From the IMG/VR virus record IMGVR_UViG_3300033148_006757, positions 1 to 57,747 of that record: a stretch of 57,747 nt of DNA, one strand, 5' to 3'. The position numbers were made by a program, and so were the translations under genes. This stretch comes from a virus (lineage: Duplodnaviria > Caudoviricetes). Of this stretch, positions 28,632 through 39,064 are shown one piece after another. The notes under the pieces are model-generated. The model searched no databases. It had not been told where the DNA came from and saw only the letters and a program-made list of their open reading frames with translations. Position 1 is the first letter of the stretch. Every line of letters starts with the position of its first letter.

Positions 28632-29653
28632 TAGTAGATGTAGTGGTAGAGGTAGAAAAATCTACTGGAGATCTTTACTATCCTAAAGTTCCTGAATTAA
28701 CTATCAATAAGGCGGACCCCTATCAAATAGATTCAGCCACTGTTAGAATAGCTGAATCCGGTCTAGGTGATGTAGCCTTGCACGACGATGTTTCTATAGT
28801 CTTAAATGACCAGATATATTTTGTAGGGACCCTAGGAAAAAGAAAAGCATCTATATCTAAAACCAACTCATCTCTTGAGTTCCCCGCCAAAGACTATGGT
28901 GATATTTTAGCCCATACTTATGTATCCACTCTAAGGGATTGGACCTCTTCTACCGCAATCGGGGTTATTTTAGAAAACCTACGAAGTAGTTTTGTAAGTT
29001 CTTATTTGACCGGAAATAATATCTCAACCGGTCCTAGTATAGGAGCTTACAATATACCAGCATGGGGTAAAACCCTATTACAGTCATATCAAGAATTAGC
29101 CGAGATTGCTGGATATGATTTATTCATAGATACTGATGCTGATATTAATTTTACTACTAAGAATACAGTAGCTAAAGAAGGTTTTTCTATTATTGAAGAT
29201 AAGAATGTAATAGAAATAAGTGATTATACTGAGGATAAATATCAAGTTCGTAACTATGTGAAGGTTATAGGAGATACGGGGTACTCTGCTTATGCCGAAG
29301 ATACAGATTCTCAGGATGCTTATGATAAAAGAGAACATTTATATACCGATCCTTCTCTAGGTTCAAATACTGCATGTCAAGCTATAGCAGATGCTTTAAT
29401 CCAAGCGGAGCCTCCTATTAATGTATCTCTTATTATAACTGGGGATCTAAATGTCGACCCCAGGGATTTAGTAAATGTTTATATTCCTAAACTCGATATA
29501 GATACTACTCTCCGGGTTACAGGCGTAGAACAGATGATAGATATAAATACCTTTGAAACATCAATCGAATTAGGTAGTCAACCGGTTGATTTAGGATCTA
29601 TTATCGCCCAGATGAAAGGAACCATAGCATTACTTAGTGGGGGATATGTTTGA
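28619..29653 (+). CDS. baseplate hub / tail tip protein
   Basis: ELAEIAGYDLFID, VRNYVKVIG, DSQDAYDKRE, FETSIELG. Confidence 0.7.
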   Translation: MVDLIVDVVVEVEKSTGDLYYPKVPELTINKADPYQIDSATVRIAESGLGDVALHDDVSIVLNDQIYFVGTLGKRKASISKTNSSLEFPAKDYGDILAHTYVSTLRDWTSSTAIGVILENLRSSFVSSYLTGNNISTGPSIGAYNIPAWGKTLLQSYQELAEIAGYDLFIDTDADINFTTKNTVAKEGFSIIEDKNVIEISDYTEDKYQVRNYVKVIGDTGYSAYAEDTDSQDAYDKREHLYTDPSLGSNTACQAIADALIQAEPPINVSLIITGDLNVDPRDLVNVYIPKLDIDTTLRVTGVEQMIDINTFETSIELGSQPVDLGSIIAQMKGTIALLSGGYV

Positions 29654-29698
29654 ATGCTGTCAAACCATAATAGAAACAGATATTACAGGACCCGAACT

Positions 29699-29998
29699 AT
29701 GAGAGATGACGAAATTCTTATAACAATCAGTGCCGTAGATGAAAGGACAAAGATAATTTTGGATCAACAAAAATCTATGAGACAAGAAATCTCCATTCTT
29801 AAATCTAAGCCTTCCGTATGTGGTTTACATGCCGAAATGGAAAAAAGAGTCCAGAAACTCCGGTTATCTGATGCCGAGTTCAGTGGAGAATTAAATATAC
29901 TAGATCTGAAAACCAAAACTATAATAGCCGGTGGAGTTGTGACTGTATCCAGTATAGTATCTCTGCTCGTATCTAAATTGGCATTGATGATTTTTTAA
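29699..29998 (+). CDS. coiled-coil protein with C-terminal TM (lysis-associated candidate)
   Basis: VDERTK..LD coiled coil then hydrophobic C-terminus; second ATG chosen as start. Confidence 0.5.
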   Translation: MRDDEILITISAVDERTKIILDQQKSMRQEISILKSKPSVCGLHAEMEKRVQKLRLSDAEFSGELNILDLKTKTIIAGGVVTVSSIVSLLVSKLALMIF

Positions 29999-30173
29999 CT
30001 GTGGCCCGAATATATTCTGCTCTCACTGTCTGTGGCCGGATCAACAGAATATCACTAATCTCATTAACCGACATCTGGTATTCATCATACATCAGAGATA
30101 TTAAAATTTCCTCTATCGTCAGGCCACTTGCTCTTTCCTTTTGGATTAGATCTGGATTTAACTCATAAAACAC
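29973..30173 (-). CDS. small HTH protein
   Basis: MSVNEISDILLIRPQTVR. Confidence 0.6.
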   Translation of the reverse strand: MFYELNPDLIQKERASGLTIEEILISLMYDEYQMSVNEISDILLIRPQTVRAEYIRATVKKSSMPI

Positions 30174-30693
30174 TGAACAATTCCTCCACGTTGAATATAG
30201 ATCCCTTTTCTCTGGCCATCTCTATAACCCTGGGATGTTTCTCTAAAACTTCCCATTTGATACTTTTACTCTTGCCCAACTTCATACTTATATCCACCAG
30301 AGTGTTTACAGATAAAAGGAAAGCTCTTTTGTTCCTAGGTTCATCCCTTTGCAGAGCGAACACATATTCTCCTCCGGCACCATCTATATCCAAGCCGAAT
30401 TCTATCTGATGCGGTTTTATATTTCGGAGAGGGAATGATTCTAGATTACTAGTACTCTTACACTCTACCCATAAAGTTTGACCCTCATGTATGACGATAA
30501 AATCCGCAGGTACCTTAGGAATGAGAAAGTTCTCGTATTCAGTATTGGTCTTCTTTAATTTTCTTAATAAACCTTCGATGGAATGAGTATCGATTAACTT
30601 GTATATGAAGGCATCGGGTAAAAAGCTTTTAACGCTTTTTTTAAACGTATCCTCCCATTTGTATCCACTTCTAGTATATGACATGTATATCAC
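30163..30693 (-). CDS. Holliday junction resolvase (RecU/Hjc-like PD-(D/E)XK)
   Basis: GYKWE, PADFIV, VECKST, NIKPHQI. Confidence 0.8.
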   Translation of the reverse strand: MIYMSYTRSGYKWEDTFKKSVKSFLPDAFIYKLIDTHSIEGLLRKLKKTNTEYENFLIPKVPADFIVIHEGQTLWVECKSTSNLESFPLRNIKPHQIEFGLDIDGAGGEYVFALQRDEPRNKRAFLLSVNTLVDISMKLGKSKSIKWEVLEKHPRVIEMAREKGSIFNVEELFSVL

Positions 30694-30700
30694 TCTCTTT

Positions 30701-30731
30701 AAGAGTAATATGTCTTATCTATATATATACC
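30701..30731 (-). promoter_or_regulatory. TATA promoter with AAGACATA motif
   Basis: Minus strand GTATATATATAGATAAGACATATTA. Confidence 0.6.
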
Positions 30732-33506
30732 TTATGCTGTCCCGCGAATATATCTCTTCCCGTCCATTTTTAAAAAGCCTGTTTCTATCATCCTCTCTAA
30801 TATATCGTCTGGTAATGATTTTATCTGATGTCTATATAAGCCTTGATTTTTACCAGAGAATTTCTTAAGGATTCTATCCCCCCATATCTTCATTTCCATC
30901 GAATCGTCTTTAGATATATTAAAGCCTAATGCTGTAAATAATTCGGGATTAGGGATGTATATTCTATCTGATTTATATTTAGAGGCTTGAGTTAAAGCAT
31001 CAGAAACAATTCCCTGATAAAAAACCTTTGTCCCTTTCCCCATATTACCTCCACATAGTTGAATTAGATCGGACATAGCCTCTTCTGAATTCCGAGGATA
31101 TTGTAAAGATTCTACTATTACATCATTCCTAGATCCCCCTAATTGAGTATTACCCCGGACCTCTCCATCATTAATGTAATCCCCATCGTTTTTTCTAGAA
31201 TATATGATAGTTCGACCATCTATATCCGATCCATCCATGACATCCGATCCTATAGGTATTTGATACAAATTATTCAATATATTTTTCTTTGAGTCGTGAC
31301 TAGAGGTCCACCATTTACTACTGGCTATTTCGATATCTGTCGGAGTAGATGTTATACCTAGTATAGCTGAGTTACCACTACACTCTTCCATAATCTCTCT
31401 AAAACTTAGAGGTACTCTATTCTCTCCATCTGTGGTTATACATTCAATCCTTAAATCTCGAATATATTCTATAGTCTTGTCATACAACCGAGGGTTTATT
31501 CTCTTAGCAAAGATATCATTCATAATTATCTTCATGGGTTTAACACCCATTATATCATAGGTCTTAAGTTCGGGCTGACGTATATTATAAAGTCTCCTCA
31601 TCCTACCCTCATCATACTCTTCATTAAGATATATCCATTGTTTTATTTCCTCTGCGGCTTGTAATTCATCCAATCCTTCCGGAGTGATATCTCCGCTCTC
31701 TAGCATTTGTGATATTTCTTCATATTTCCTGGGTAATTCCGAGGCATCCAGAATTCCTAATTTCCTCATATTCTTTATTATTTTACGGTCCGAGATTGTA
31801 ATTTTAGGAATTTTTCGGTTGATATAGTCAATCTGGTCAATAAGGGTGCAAAAAAGGGTCCCCGATTTCAAAATCGGGATGAATGGACTATCCGGAATGA
31901 ATAGGTGATGTTTTACCTTAGAATCGGTCATCAATATGACTAAATTCTCCTCTTTCGTAGACATCAGTAGAGATAAATACACCCATTTGGCACAAGTGTT
32001 ATACTCTTCCGCTATCTTTTCATAGCGTGATAATGTACCGAAAAACGGCAAATCTCCGGTGATATAATCATCCATCAATGGCTTTAATAGCTCACGTATC
32101 GTGACTCTTTTCTCGCATCCCTTACATACTCCTGATGGAACGTAACCTAACTTTACAAACTCTGCTGCTCGTGGACATAGCTCTAAATTGTTAGGATTAT
32201 CTAAGAAACCTACTCCAGCCTTCTTTAACCTCCCGGCAATAATTTTCTTTACTTTTTTCGTGTGGGCCACGAAATTAACCCTTCCACCTTCACCTATGAT
32301 ATTTTTCATCATCGCTATTGTTGACCAGGTTTTCCCGGTATTAAATCCGTTTAGAATCACGGTATATTCGTCTTGGGTTAATATATCCTGTATGTCCTCT
32401 GCAACATATTGAAACTGTTCTATAGTCTCTCGAACTCCTCCTAGAGTCCTCTCTTCTTTTCCTTGAGTTTTATCTACTGCTACCTCTAATTTCTGATAGA
32501 TATTCTGTTGCTTCTGAATTCGGCATTCATCACAAGAGCCTATCACATATTTAGAACAACGTTCCATCAGTTTATCACAGGTGAAGGGCATTAAATTTTT
32601 ACGCTTTATAGGCCTCAGATGCTTCGAGGTCTTTCTTTTACTATATTGCTCTTGTACCGAGAAATAGGTATGAACATCTTGATCTCCCCCCCCATTTGCC
32701 ATTATCTCTGCTGCTGCGGCTGTCATAAAACTCCATCCTTCTCCCCCGGTTGTTTCTATCTTATTATCATATATAGCCTGAAAACAAGGCCGTAGTTCAT
32801 CATAAACCTCATCGAAATGAGAGGCCTTAGGGATATCATTATAATCAAGAGAATGGCTCTGATAATTTATCATATCATCTATAGGAATCCCTAATCGATT
32901 CAAATCTTCTTGCGTTATCTTATGGTTATCTATATCTCTAACTATATCACCAGTTAATTCGAGTTTATTGAAATCCTGATCTACAAAAAAGGACGTGGAA
33001 TTATATAATAAATGAGTTCCTAATGGCGGCCTTATGCCACGACCAATACCATTTTCTATAGTATCTATCGGGAATATTTCTGCATCTACTCCTACGGAAT
33101 CTACAACCTGTTTTAGGAAATCATACATCCTAGTGACCGGGAGTTCCTGAGAGAAAATCCATATATGATAACCCCTTCCACCAGTTTTCTCGACCAATAC
33201 AGATCGGCCTACTCCCAGAGATACCAATTGCTCTGATATAGATTTAATCTGGTTCTCCATTTCTCTCCAGGCCTCAGGATTATCCGATTCTCCGTGTGGT
33301 ATATCTAGATCGATGGCTCCTAGGAAACATTTTCCTTTTATGGACGGATATAATGCCAACACTTTTGTATGGTTTATTATATGGTCTTTCAGGTCCTCTA
33401 ATGTCAGACGTCTAGAAATGCGTTTATAGGAACCGTCTTTTTGCTGCTGGGCATATGTATCCCCACGAAATTTGAACAACGTGGTATACTCTTTTATGCT
33501 TATCAT
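30732..33506 (-). CDS. archaeo-eukaryotic primase fused to a PriL-like Cys domain and a degenerate SF2 helicase-like domain
   Basis: IDLD, KTGGRGYHIW, RPPLG (AEP motifs); LRPCF...FTC...C...C..C; GFNTGKT, LIDQID, TSTP. Confidence 0.75.
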   Translation of the reverse strand: MISIKEYTTLFKFRGDTYAQQQKDGSYKRISRRLTLEDLKDHIINHTKVLALYPSIKGKCFLGAIDLDIPHGESDNPEAWREMENQIKSISEQLVSLGVGRSVLVEKTGGRGYHIWIFSQELPVTRMYDFLKQVVDSVGVDAEIFPIDTIENGIGRGIRPPLGTHLLYNSTSFFVDQDFNKLELTGDIVRDIDNHKITQEDLNRLGIPIDDMINYQSHSLDYNDIPKASHFDEVYDELRPCFQAIYDNKIETTGGEGWSFMTAAAAEIMANGGGDQDVHTYFSVQEQYSKRKTSKHLRPIKRKNLMPFTCDKLMERCSKYVIGSCDECRIQKQQNIYQKLEVAVDKTQGKEERTLGGVRETIEQFQYVAEDIQDILTQDEYTVILNGFNTGKTWSTIAMMKNIIGEGGRVNFVAHTKKVKKIIAGRLKKAGVGFLDNPNNLELCPRAAEFVKLGYVPSGVCKGCEKRVTIRELLKPLMDDYITGDLPFFGTLSRYEKIAEEYNTCAKWVYLSLLMSTKEENLVILMTDSKVKHHLFIPDSPFIPILKSGTLFCTLIDQIDYINRKIPKITISDRKIIKNMRKLGILDASELPRKYEEISQMLESGDITPEGLDELQAAEEIKQWIYLNEEYDEGRMRRLYNIRQPELKTYDIMGVKPMKIIMNDIFAKRINPRLYDKTIEYIRDLRIECITTDGENRVPLSFREIMEECSGNSAILGITSTPTDIEIASSKWWTSSHDSKKNILNNLYQIPIGSDVMDGSDIDGRTIIYSRKNDGDYINDGEVRGNTQLGGSRNDVIVESLQYPRNSEEAMSDLIQLCGGNMGKGTKVFYQGIVSDALTQASKYKSDRIYIPNPELFTALGFNISKDDSMEMKIWGDRILKKFSGKNQGLYRHQIKSLPDDILERMIETGFLKMDGKRYIRGTA

Positions 33507-35189
33507 TTATAAATATACCACTCTATCTTGAATTTCCTCCGGGAACTCTTTTCGATTATATTTAAATAGCCTTCTGAAGGCTCCATCACATATATGAATG
33601 TCCGCATAATCCTCCTGGGATCTTACTACCCGTCCTATACCCTGTATTAATTTTTGACAGGCATTCTGAAAATATCTCGATTTGTCTCTTTTCATCCATC
33701 CTTCTACTACGGAGTCTTTGGTATCCTCGAAGGGTACTTTGGCTATTGCTAAAAATCTAGCTCTCTCATTAATGAAATCTTCTCCCTCCCACATAGATGG
33801 AGTTATAATGACACCATCACTTATTGCATAGTGATCATCCAGAAGATATTCTGTGTTATCTCCTTTCCTATGAATTACCATTCTATTAGCATACTGGGGG
33901 AATCTCTCTGATATATATTTACTATAATGGTCTACTTCGGCGAAAGAGTTACATAAGATTAATCCCCTATCATCCTCATATTTTTGCATTAGTCTACCCA
34001 AAACTCCACCCATAATGTCTCGTTTCTTTTCCATGCCTCCTCGTTCATAATTCATAGTGGGTTGAGGATATGAATATATTGGGGCATTCTCTGGAGGGAA
34101 GGTAGAAGCCATATGATAGTAAAACACTTCCTCTGGAGCCAGACCTAGGCGTTTACATAATAGATCTTTCCGCGGTAATGTAGCACTCATTATTAGTGCT
34201 ATATCGCTATGTCTCAATAGGGTTGGGTGTATATAATCTCCTATATATAGGGGGATTAATTTAAATCCGTCTTTATCCAAAGATATGACCCAATTATTAG
34301 GATTTTTTTGATAATAATGTAATAATCCTTCTATTCTATCATCTAAACTTTTTAACATTTGAGCTCTTCTTTTTAAACCATCCCTACCATTCTTTCTAGC
34401 TATCTCTGTGTCCGTTATCCTTAATTCTACTAATACACTTAATTCTGTTAACCATTTTATAGCCTCCGGAATCCCCTTTATGATATCTAAAGGTACTTGA
34501 TCATATTCAAAGTATTCTTTAAAATCTACCCCGGGTATATGTCGGACATGATATAGACCCAGATCATGGATTTCAAAGGAATTGACTTCCCTTAGATATG
34601 ATTCTAGGTTATGTCCTTCATCTAGAATTTGTAATGGTTTCCGAGAGAATTCACATTGAGGTATATTTTTCTTTAAGACATAATAAGGATAATTGAAGAC
34701 GGTGTGATCCGCTTTAACTCCATCTTCTACATTAACCCAATAGGGACATCTGTCCTCGAGTTTCTCGTGTCTCCATCCTTTCTCTCCATACGCCGGGTAT
34801 TTTCCGCCATTTACCGGTTTATATTTACATACAAAATTATCTGATCCTGTGATGCATTCCCCTCTGTCAGCAGTTTTGCTTCTATTTGATCTACATGTGA
34901 AATTCCTACGTCCCTCTACCTTCTTATGTTTTGGGTCTACAGCTATATATTGATTCTGGAGCTTGATCTGTGTGGTAAGGATGTCTGAGCTTCCTAGTAA
35001 GTTTCCTAGGACTGATGCTATTATTGTCTTTCCGGACCCAGTCCGCCCATCTAATGCTAATATTTTGTAACCATTGTGAACTGCTCCCCAAAGAGAGGTC
35101 ACTGCTGCTATCTGACCTGGACGAAAAGATTCCTTAGGATTATATTTCAGATCCATAGCAGCTGTACGTGGTAATAATTCGATTTTCAT
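33507..35189 (-). CDS. XPD/DinG(Rad3)-family SF2 helicase
   Basis: FRPGQ, TGSGKT, GRRNFTC...C...C...CPY (Fe-S-type Cys), LDEGH, MSAT, EGEDF, KVPF, QGIGRVVRS. Confidence 0.88.
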   Translation of the reverse strand: MKIELLPRTAAMDLKYNPKESFRPGQIAAVTSLWGAVHNGYKILALDGRTGSGKTIIASVLGNLLGSSDILTTQIKLQNQYIAVDPKHKKVEGRRNFTCRSNRSKTADRGECITGSDNFVCKYKPVNGGKYPAYGEKGWRHEKLEDRCPYWVNVEDGVKADHTVFNYPYYVLKKNIPQCEFSRKPLQILDEGHNLESYLREVNSFEIHDLGLYHVRHIPGVDFKEYFEYDQVPLDIIKGIPEAIKWLTELSVLVELRITDTEIARKNGRDGLKRRAQMLKSLDDRIEGLLHYYQKNPNNWVISLDKDGFKLIPLYIGDYIHPTLLRHSDIALIMSATLPRKDLLCKRLGLAPEEVFYYHMASTFPPENAPIYSYPQPTMNYERGGMEKKRDIMGGVLGRLMQKYEDDRGLILCNSFAEVDHYSKYISERFPQYANRMVIHRKGDNTEYLLDDHYAISDGVIITPSMWEGEDFINERARFLAIAKVPFEDTKDSVVEGWMKRDKSRYFQNACQKLIQGIGRVVRSQEDYADIHICDGAFRRLFKYNRKEFPEEIQDRVVYL

Positions 35190-35416
35190 TAAAATACCTC
35201 TATTTTCTATTTAACCTAAATCTTCCTTTATCACTTAAATAGATTGCATCTGGTACGAAGGCTTATATATAATTAAGGCCCCTCAGATATGATGCTTATA
35301 ACATACATATAATACATTAAAGTAAAGGCAAAATCGTTTTTTCATCTTTACTTTAAAGATTACTTATATATATATATAATACGCATTAGTGTCACCATCC
35401 CTAAAAAGGGGTTCGG

Positions 35417-35450
35417 GAAAGCTATAAATAGCATAAAGACATCTAAGTAG
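35417..35450 (+). promoter_or_regulatory. TATA promoter with AAGACAT motif
   Basis: GAAAGCTATAAATAGCATAAAGACATCTAAG; RBS GGAGG at 35469. Confidence 0.65.
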
Positions 35451-35476
35451 ATTGCAGTATTCCAAGAAGGAGGAAT

Positions 35477-36751
35477 TTGATGACTAAGAAGAAACCAACC
35501 AAGAAAGAAATCGTATTCGCCCTTAAAAGCGAATTCGGTATAGAAGTAGATAAGCTTGATGATGAAACATATGAGAAGGCTCTGAATAACTGGGAACAGT
35601 TAGGTCTCAGGACCATTGCCAGTAGATGTCGGTTCTATCTAACAGGTGCCGATAAAGATTCCCAAAAGGAAAGTATAGAGATCGAAGGGGTGTTCATGGG
35701 ATCAAGAGATCTGGTGACAGAGAAAAAACCTCTCGGTAGAAACAAAGTTCAGATCTTATCTTTCCTACAGAAAGGGGAAGACGGTAAATTCCGGGTATTT
35801 TCAGAACCATCGACTCCCACTCATTTCAAGGGTTTCAAGAAGAACGTCTTCGGGAAACTAGTAGCCGGGAAGTTCTTGATGAGCTCGAATGATAAAGGAA
35901 CTTTCTGTACGCCCAAGGATATCGTAGTAACCGAGGATGAATTCGAACTGGATACTTCTAAGATAGAGGTATTGGATGTCCAAGGTGTCTATGATCTGCC
36001 TGAGTATAAGGAATGTGCCGTTCTGGCCGAAATCTCATCAATATGGCAACTCAGGGTTCCTGAATGGGAAGCTGATAAATATGAGGATGAAGATTATCCG
36101 GTAGTAATCAAAGACAGCCCAGTATTTCAGCTATACTGTAAAGCTGAAGATGATGAACCCATTCTCAGAGCCAGCATACATCCTGTGAATCTCGGGAAAG
36201 CTGTGATAGTAATGGAGGACTTTGATGCTCTCTGGAAAGAGGGTGCTGATATGGAAGACGAACTGTCTCCATCATTCTCCGGAAGAAAGGTGATCCTAAT
36301 CGGTCAGAAGAGGAAGAACTCCACCTATGAAGATCGGGATTATGTCGACTTTGATATCAATGCGGTTCTTGAAGTTTCAGGAGACCCTGTGGTAGTGAAA
36401 GCCCAGGCAGAGAAGGTTCCAGGGAAGACCAAGAAGAAGGATAAGACTGCTGAGAAGGCGGCTAAAAAGGCCAAACAGCAGGGAGTCCGTCAAGCAAAGG
36501 TCACCGAATCTGTAGAAGCTCTCAGAGATGAGGCAACTCCGACCATCGTACGGAGCATGCATGATGAGAAATTCTTCAAAGGAGTTTCCGACGAAGATCT
36601 CCAGGATATGATAGCAGAGGAATGGACCAAGTTGGGGATTGAGTCTCCAGGAGAACCGGAGCCACCTGAAGAGCCAAAAGAGGATAACCCAGAGCCTGAA
36701 GAGGGCCTGGAAGCACCTAAGGAAGAAGATCTGTTTGGAGAAGAGGAGTAA
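35477..36751 (+). CDS. putative ssDNA-binding protein with acidic tail
   Basis: First gene of the recombination operon; beta-rich; ends EEDLFGEEE; OB folds inferred only. Confidence 0.4.
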   Translation: MMTKKKPTKKEIVFALKSEFGIEVDKLDDETYEKALNNWEQLGLRTIASRCRFYLTGADKDSQKESIEIEGVFMGSRDLVTEKKPLGRNKVQILSFLQKGEDGKFRVFSEPSTPTHFKGFKKNVFGKLVAGKFLMSSNDKGTFCTPKDIVVTEDEFELDTSKIEVLDVQGVYDLPEYKECAVLAEISSIWQLRVPEWEADKYEDEDYPVVIKDSPVFQLYCKAEDDEPILRASIHPVNLGKAVIVMEDFDALWKEGADMEDELSPSFSGRKVILIGQKRKNSTYEDRDYVDFDINAVLEVSGDPVVVKAQAEKVPGKTKKKDKTAEKAAKKAKQQGVRQAKVTESVEALRDEATPTIVRSMHDEKFFKGVSDEDLQDMIAEEWTKLGIESPGEPEPPEEPKEDNPEPEEGLEAPKEEDLFGEEE

Positions 36752-36767
36752 TCCTCTTCTTTTTTTC
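36740..36767 (+). terminator. hairpin plus T-tract
   Basis: AGAAGAGGA-GTAA-TCCTCTTCT followed by TTTTTT. Confidence 0.7.
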
Positions 36768-36782
36768 TATTTGGAGGTATAA

Positions 36783-37682
36783 ATGACAGCTACAGATGCT
36801 GAGGACGACCTTTTCGCAGAGGAATCCGAAGAAGAATTGGAACCAGAAGAGGTTGCGGAAAATTTAATGGCCCCTAGAAAGGGATCGGATCGCTCTAATA
36901 TATGTGCGGCTTTATGGGGTTTGAATGATACTCTTAAGTCTGGAATATGTATAGATTGCCGGAGTAAGAGACAGATTAAAAATCATGAATTAGTATTTGT
37001 GATTGATCTTGATGATGCCGACGAGACCCTTTGGAAAGATCATTGGGGAGGTACCGAAGATATAAGGATAATGAATCCTACGGTTTGGAAGCACGCCGAA
37101 GATGCCGAAAGAAAGGAGATAGATTATGATAGTACTTTGAAAGTTATTCATTCTATCGTATCCCGGATAGATAAGATGATCAAAAGTAAAGTGATAGTAG
37201 CCGCTGTTGTCTTTGATGGTCTGGATAAACTCTTGGATAACTCTGAGAATACCATGAGAATGGATAAACAACTCGAAATCGACGATGGTGTTACATTCGC
37301 CTTTTGGCGCCGGAGGAATAAATACTTCTTAGATATTTTAAAGGCGACAAAATCATTATCCTGTCCTCGGTATTTTATCACCCATTCTAAGAATAAACAG
37401 AAGAAAAAAACTAACCAGGCTGGAGTAGAGGTAGTAACGAAAGAGTGGGATGTACCTGATTGGCACCAGAGCGTCGCTAATGAAATGTGGCAAATTCTCT
37501 ACTGCACTAAAGAAGAGAACCTCGATGGAGATACTACATATAATGCAAAAGTGGAAAAGTTCAAAGGATCTCCTGAACTAGTAGGATCCACCCACACTAC
37601 TATGACTGTTAAGAATGGGAAGGTTAAATTCACCGGTTTGCCATTCTTAAGAGATACGGAAAACAGGGAGGTAAGGAAATGA
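36783..37682 (+). CDS. RecA-fold/AAA_24 (Sak4-like) ATPase with atypical Walker A
   Basis: ALWGLNDTLKSG, VIDLD, VVFDGLD, YFITH. Confidence 0.65.
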   Translation: MTATDAEDDLFAEESEEELEPEEVAENLMAPRKGSDRSNICAALWGLNDTLKSGICIDCRSKRQIKNHELVFVIDLDDADETLWKDHWGGTEDIRIMNPTVWKHAEDAERKEIDYDSTLKVIHSIVSRIDKMIKSKVIVAAVVFDGLDKLLDNSENTMRMDKQLEIDDGVTFAFWRRRNKYFLDILKATKSLSCPRYFITHSKNKQKKKTNQAGVEVVTKEWDVPDWHQSVANEMWQILYCTKEENLDGDTTYNAKVEKFKGSPELVGSTHTTMTVKNGKVKFTGLPFLRDTENREVRK

Positions 37683-38302
37683 TATTGCCAGGAAATGATA
37701 TAAGGGAGTTAGTGCGATCACGGGCTGTAGATCTAAACATCCAAATTCAACCAGCCGGTATAGATCTGACAGTCCGAGATATAAGCCAATTTATGGGTCA
37801 TGGAGCCTTAGATTTCTCTAATGAAAAGAGAAAACTTCCGGTGATGTCATATCTGGATATAAGAGAGGATGAACCATTAGTCTTAGAAAAAGGGTCCTAT
37901 ATGATCTATTGTGACCCAGTGATAGAGATCCCGATGGATATGATCGCCTTCGCACAACCAAGAAGCAGTCTGACTCGAATGGGGTGTGGTATTCATTCCG
38001 GAATATGGGATCCGGGATATGAGGGAGATAGTGTCTTTGTTCTGAATGTATATAATCCCTATGGGATGCGGATATATAAGAATGCCAGGATTGCCCAGTT
38101 GGTATATGTCAGGATGGAATCTCCGGCCGAAGAAGGATATGACGGAGTATACCAAGGACATGGTACAGCAGATATGGATTTTCAGGGAATAGGATGGATT
38201 GAGAAGGGCCAGATGGTTTTCGATAAAAAAACGAAGAGGCCGGAATGTACTCCAGAGATAGATAATCCTAATGAGACCCATAAAAATATGACTCGGGTAT
38301 AG
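37679..38302 (+). CDS. dut: archaeal-type trimeric dUTPase (dCD/dUTPase superfamily)
   Basis: QIQPAGIDLT, PRSSLTRMG, GIWDPGYEG, ARIAQLVY, YDGVYQ; lacks the deaminase TLE glutamate. Confidence 0.8.
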   Translation: MILPGNDIRELVRSRAVDLNIQIQPAGIDLTVRDISQFMGHGALDFSNEKRKLPVMSYLDIREDEPLVLEKGSYMIYCDPVIEIPMDMIAFAQPRSSLTRMGCGIHSGIWDPGYEGDSVFVLNVYNPYGMRIYKNARIAQLVYVRMESPAEEGYDGVYQGHGTADMDFQGIGWIEKGQMVFDKKTKRPECTPEIDNPNETHKNMTRV

Positions 38303-38304
38303 AA

Positions 38305-38997
38305 ATGGCATCAGACACTGAACAGAAAGACGGGATGCGTATATATCCCGTCCCTGGCCCTAATAAGGAAGAAGAGGTAAGATATCCTTCAGTAACCACA
38401 GTACTTAATATATTACCTATGCCAGATAATCTCAAGAGGTATATAGAATGGGATCCTGAAGGGGCTGATAAGAATATGAGAAGAAGAGCGATGGTTGGAT
38501 CTACTGCTCATTATTACTTCGAATGTTTAAATGCTCGTAAATTACCGGACCATAATCCTGTTATAGAAGATACTATTGAATTTCATAGGTTTTTTAATAG
38601 CAAGACAGCTAAAGCTATTGGTGAAATATGTAGAAAGCTTGAGTTATACAGTCGCTTTAATACATTCGAACCATGGTTTTTAGAGGAAAAAACCTGGTCT
38701 CATGAACTGGAAACTGCCGGAAGGGTAGACTTCATAGGGAAATTCAATGGGGTTAGCTGTATTCTTGATCTAAAAACAGCTAAGGCTTTTTATCCCCCTC
38801 AGAATGGGATAGATCCTCATGCTCTTCAATTATCCGCATACAAACAAGGGCTTAAAGAAGTCCATGGCATCGAAGTGGAGAAATTATATATCCTTAGGGT
38901 GAACGAGGCCAAAAAACCCGAATTAAAAGAAGTGCCTGATGATAAAGAAGGTTTTAGAATGGCACGGGATTTATTCCGGGAAGAGCATGGATTCTGA
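38305..38997 (+). CDS. PD-(D/E)XK exonuclease
   Basis: YPSVTTVL, GSTAH, AGRVDF, LDLKT, QLSAY. Confidence 0.85.
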   Translation: MASDTEQKDGMRIYPVPGPNKEEEVRYPSVTTVLNILPMPDNLKRYIEWDPEGADKNMRRRAMVGSTAHYYFECLNARKLPDHNPVIEDTIEFHRFFNSKTAKAIGEICRKLELYSRFNTFEPWFLEEKTWSHELETAGRVDFIGKFNGVSCILDLKTAKAFYPPQNGIDPHALQLSAYKQGLKEVHGIEVEKLYILRVNEAKKPELKEVPDDKEGFRMARDLFREEHGF

Positions 38998-39064
38998 GAT
39001 GTATTTATATACTTTGAAGGCGTACATATGATTACTAGGAAGCTGATAATAACAGCAAATAAAG

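Noticed and set aside
37679-38302. dCTP deaminase
   Set aside because: Lacks the catalytic Glu after the DxG(F/Y)xG motif; matches archaeal dUTPases better, though dCTPase side activity is not excluded
38305-38997. Cas4 / CRISPR adaptation gene
   Set aside because: No Fe-S cysteine pattern and no array; typical viral PD-(D/E)XK exonuclease
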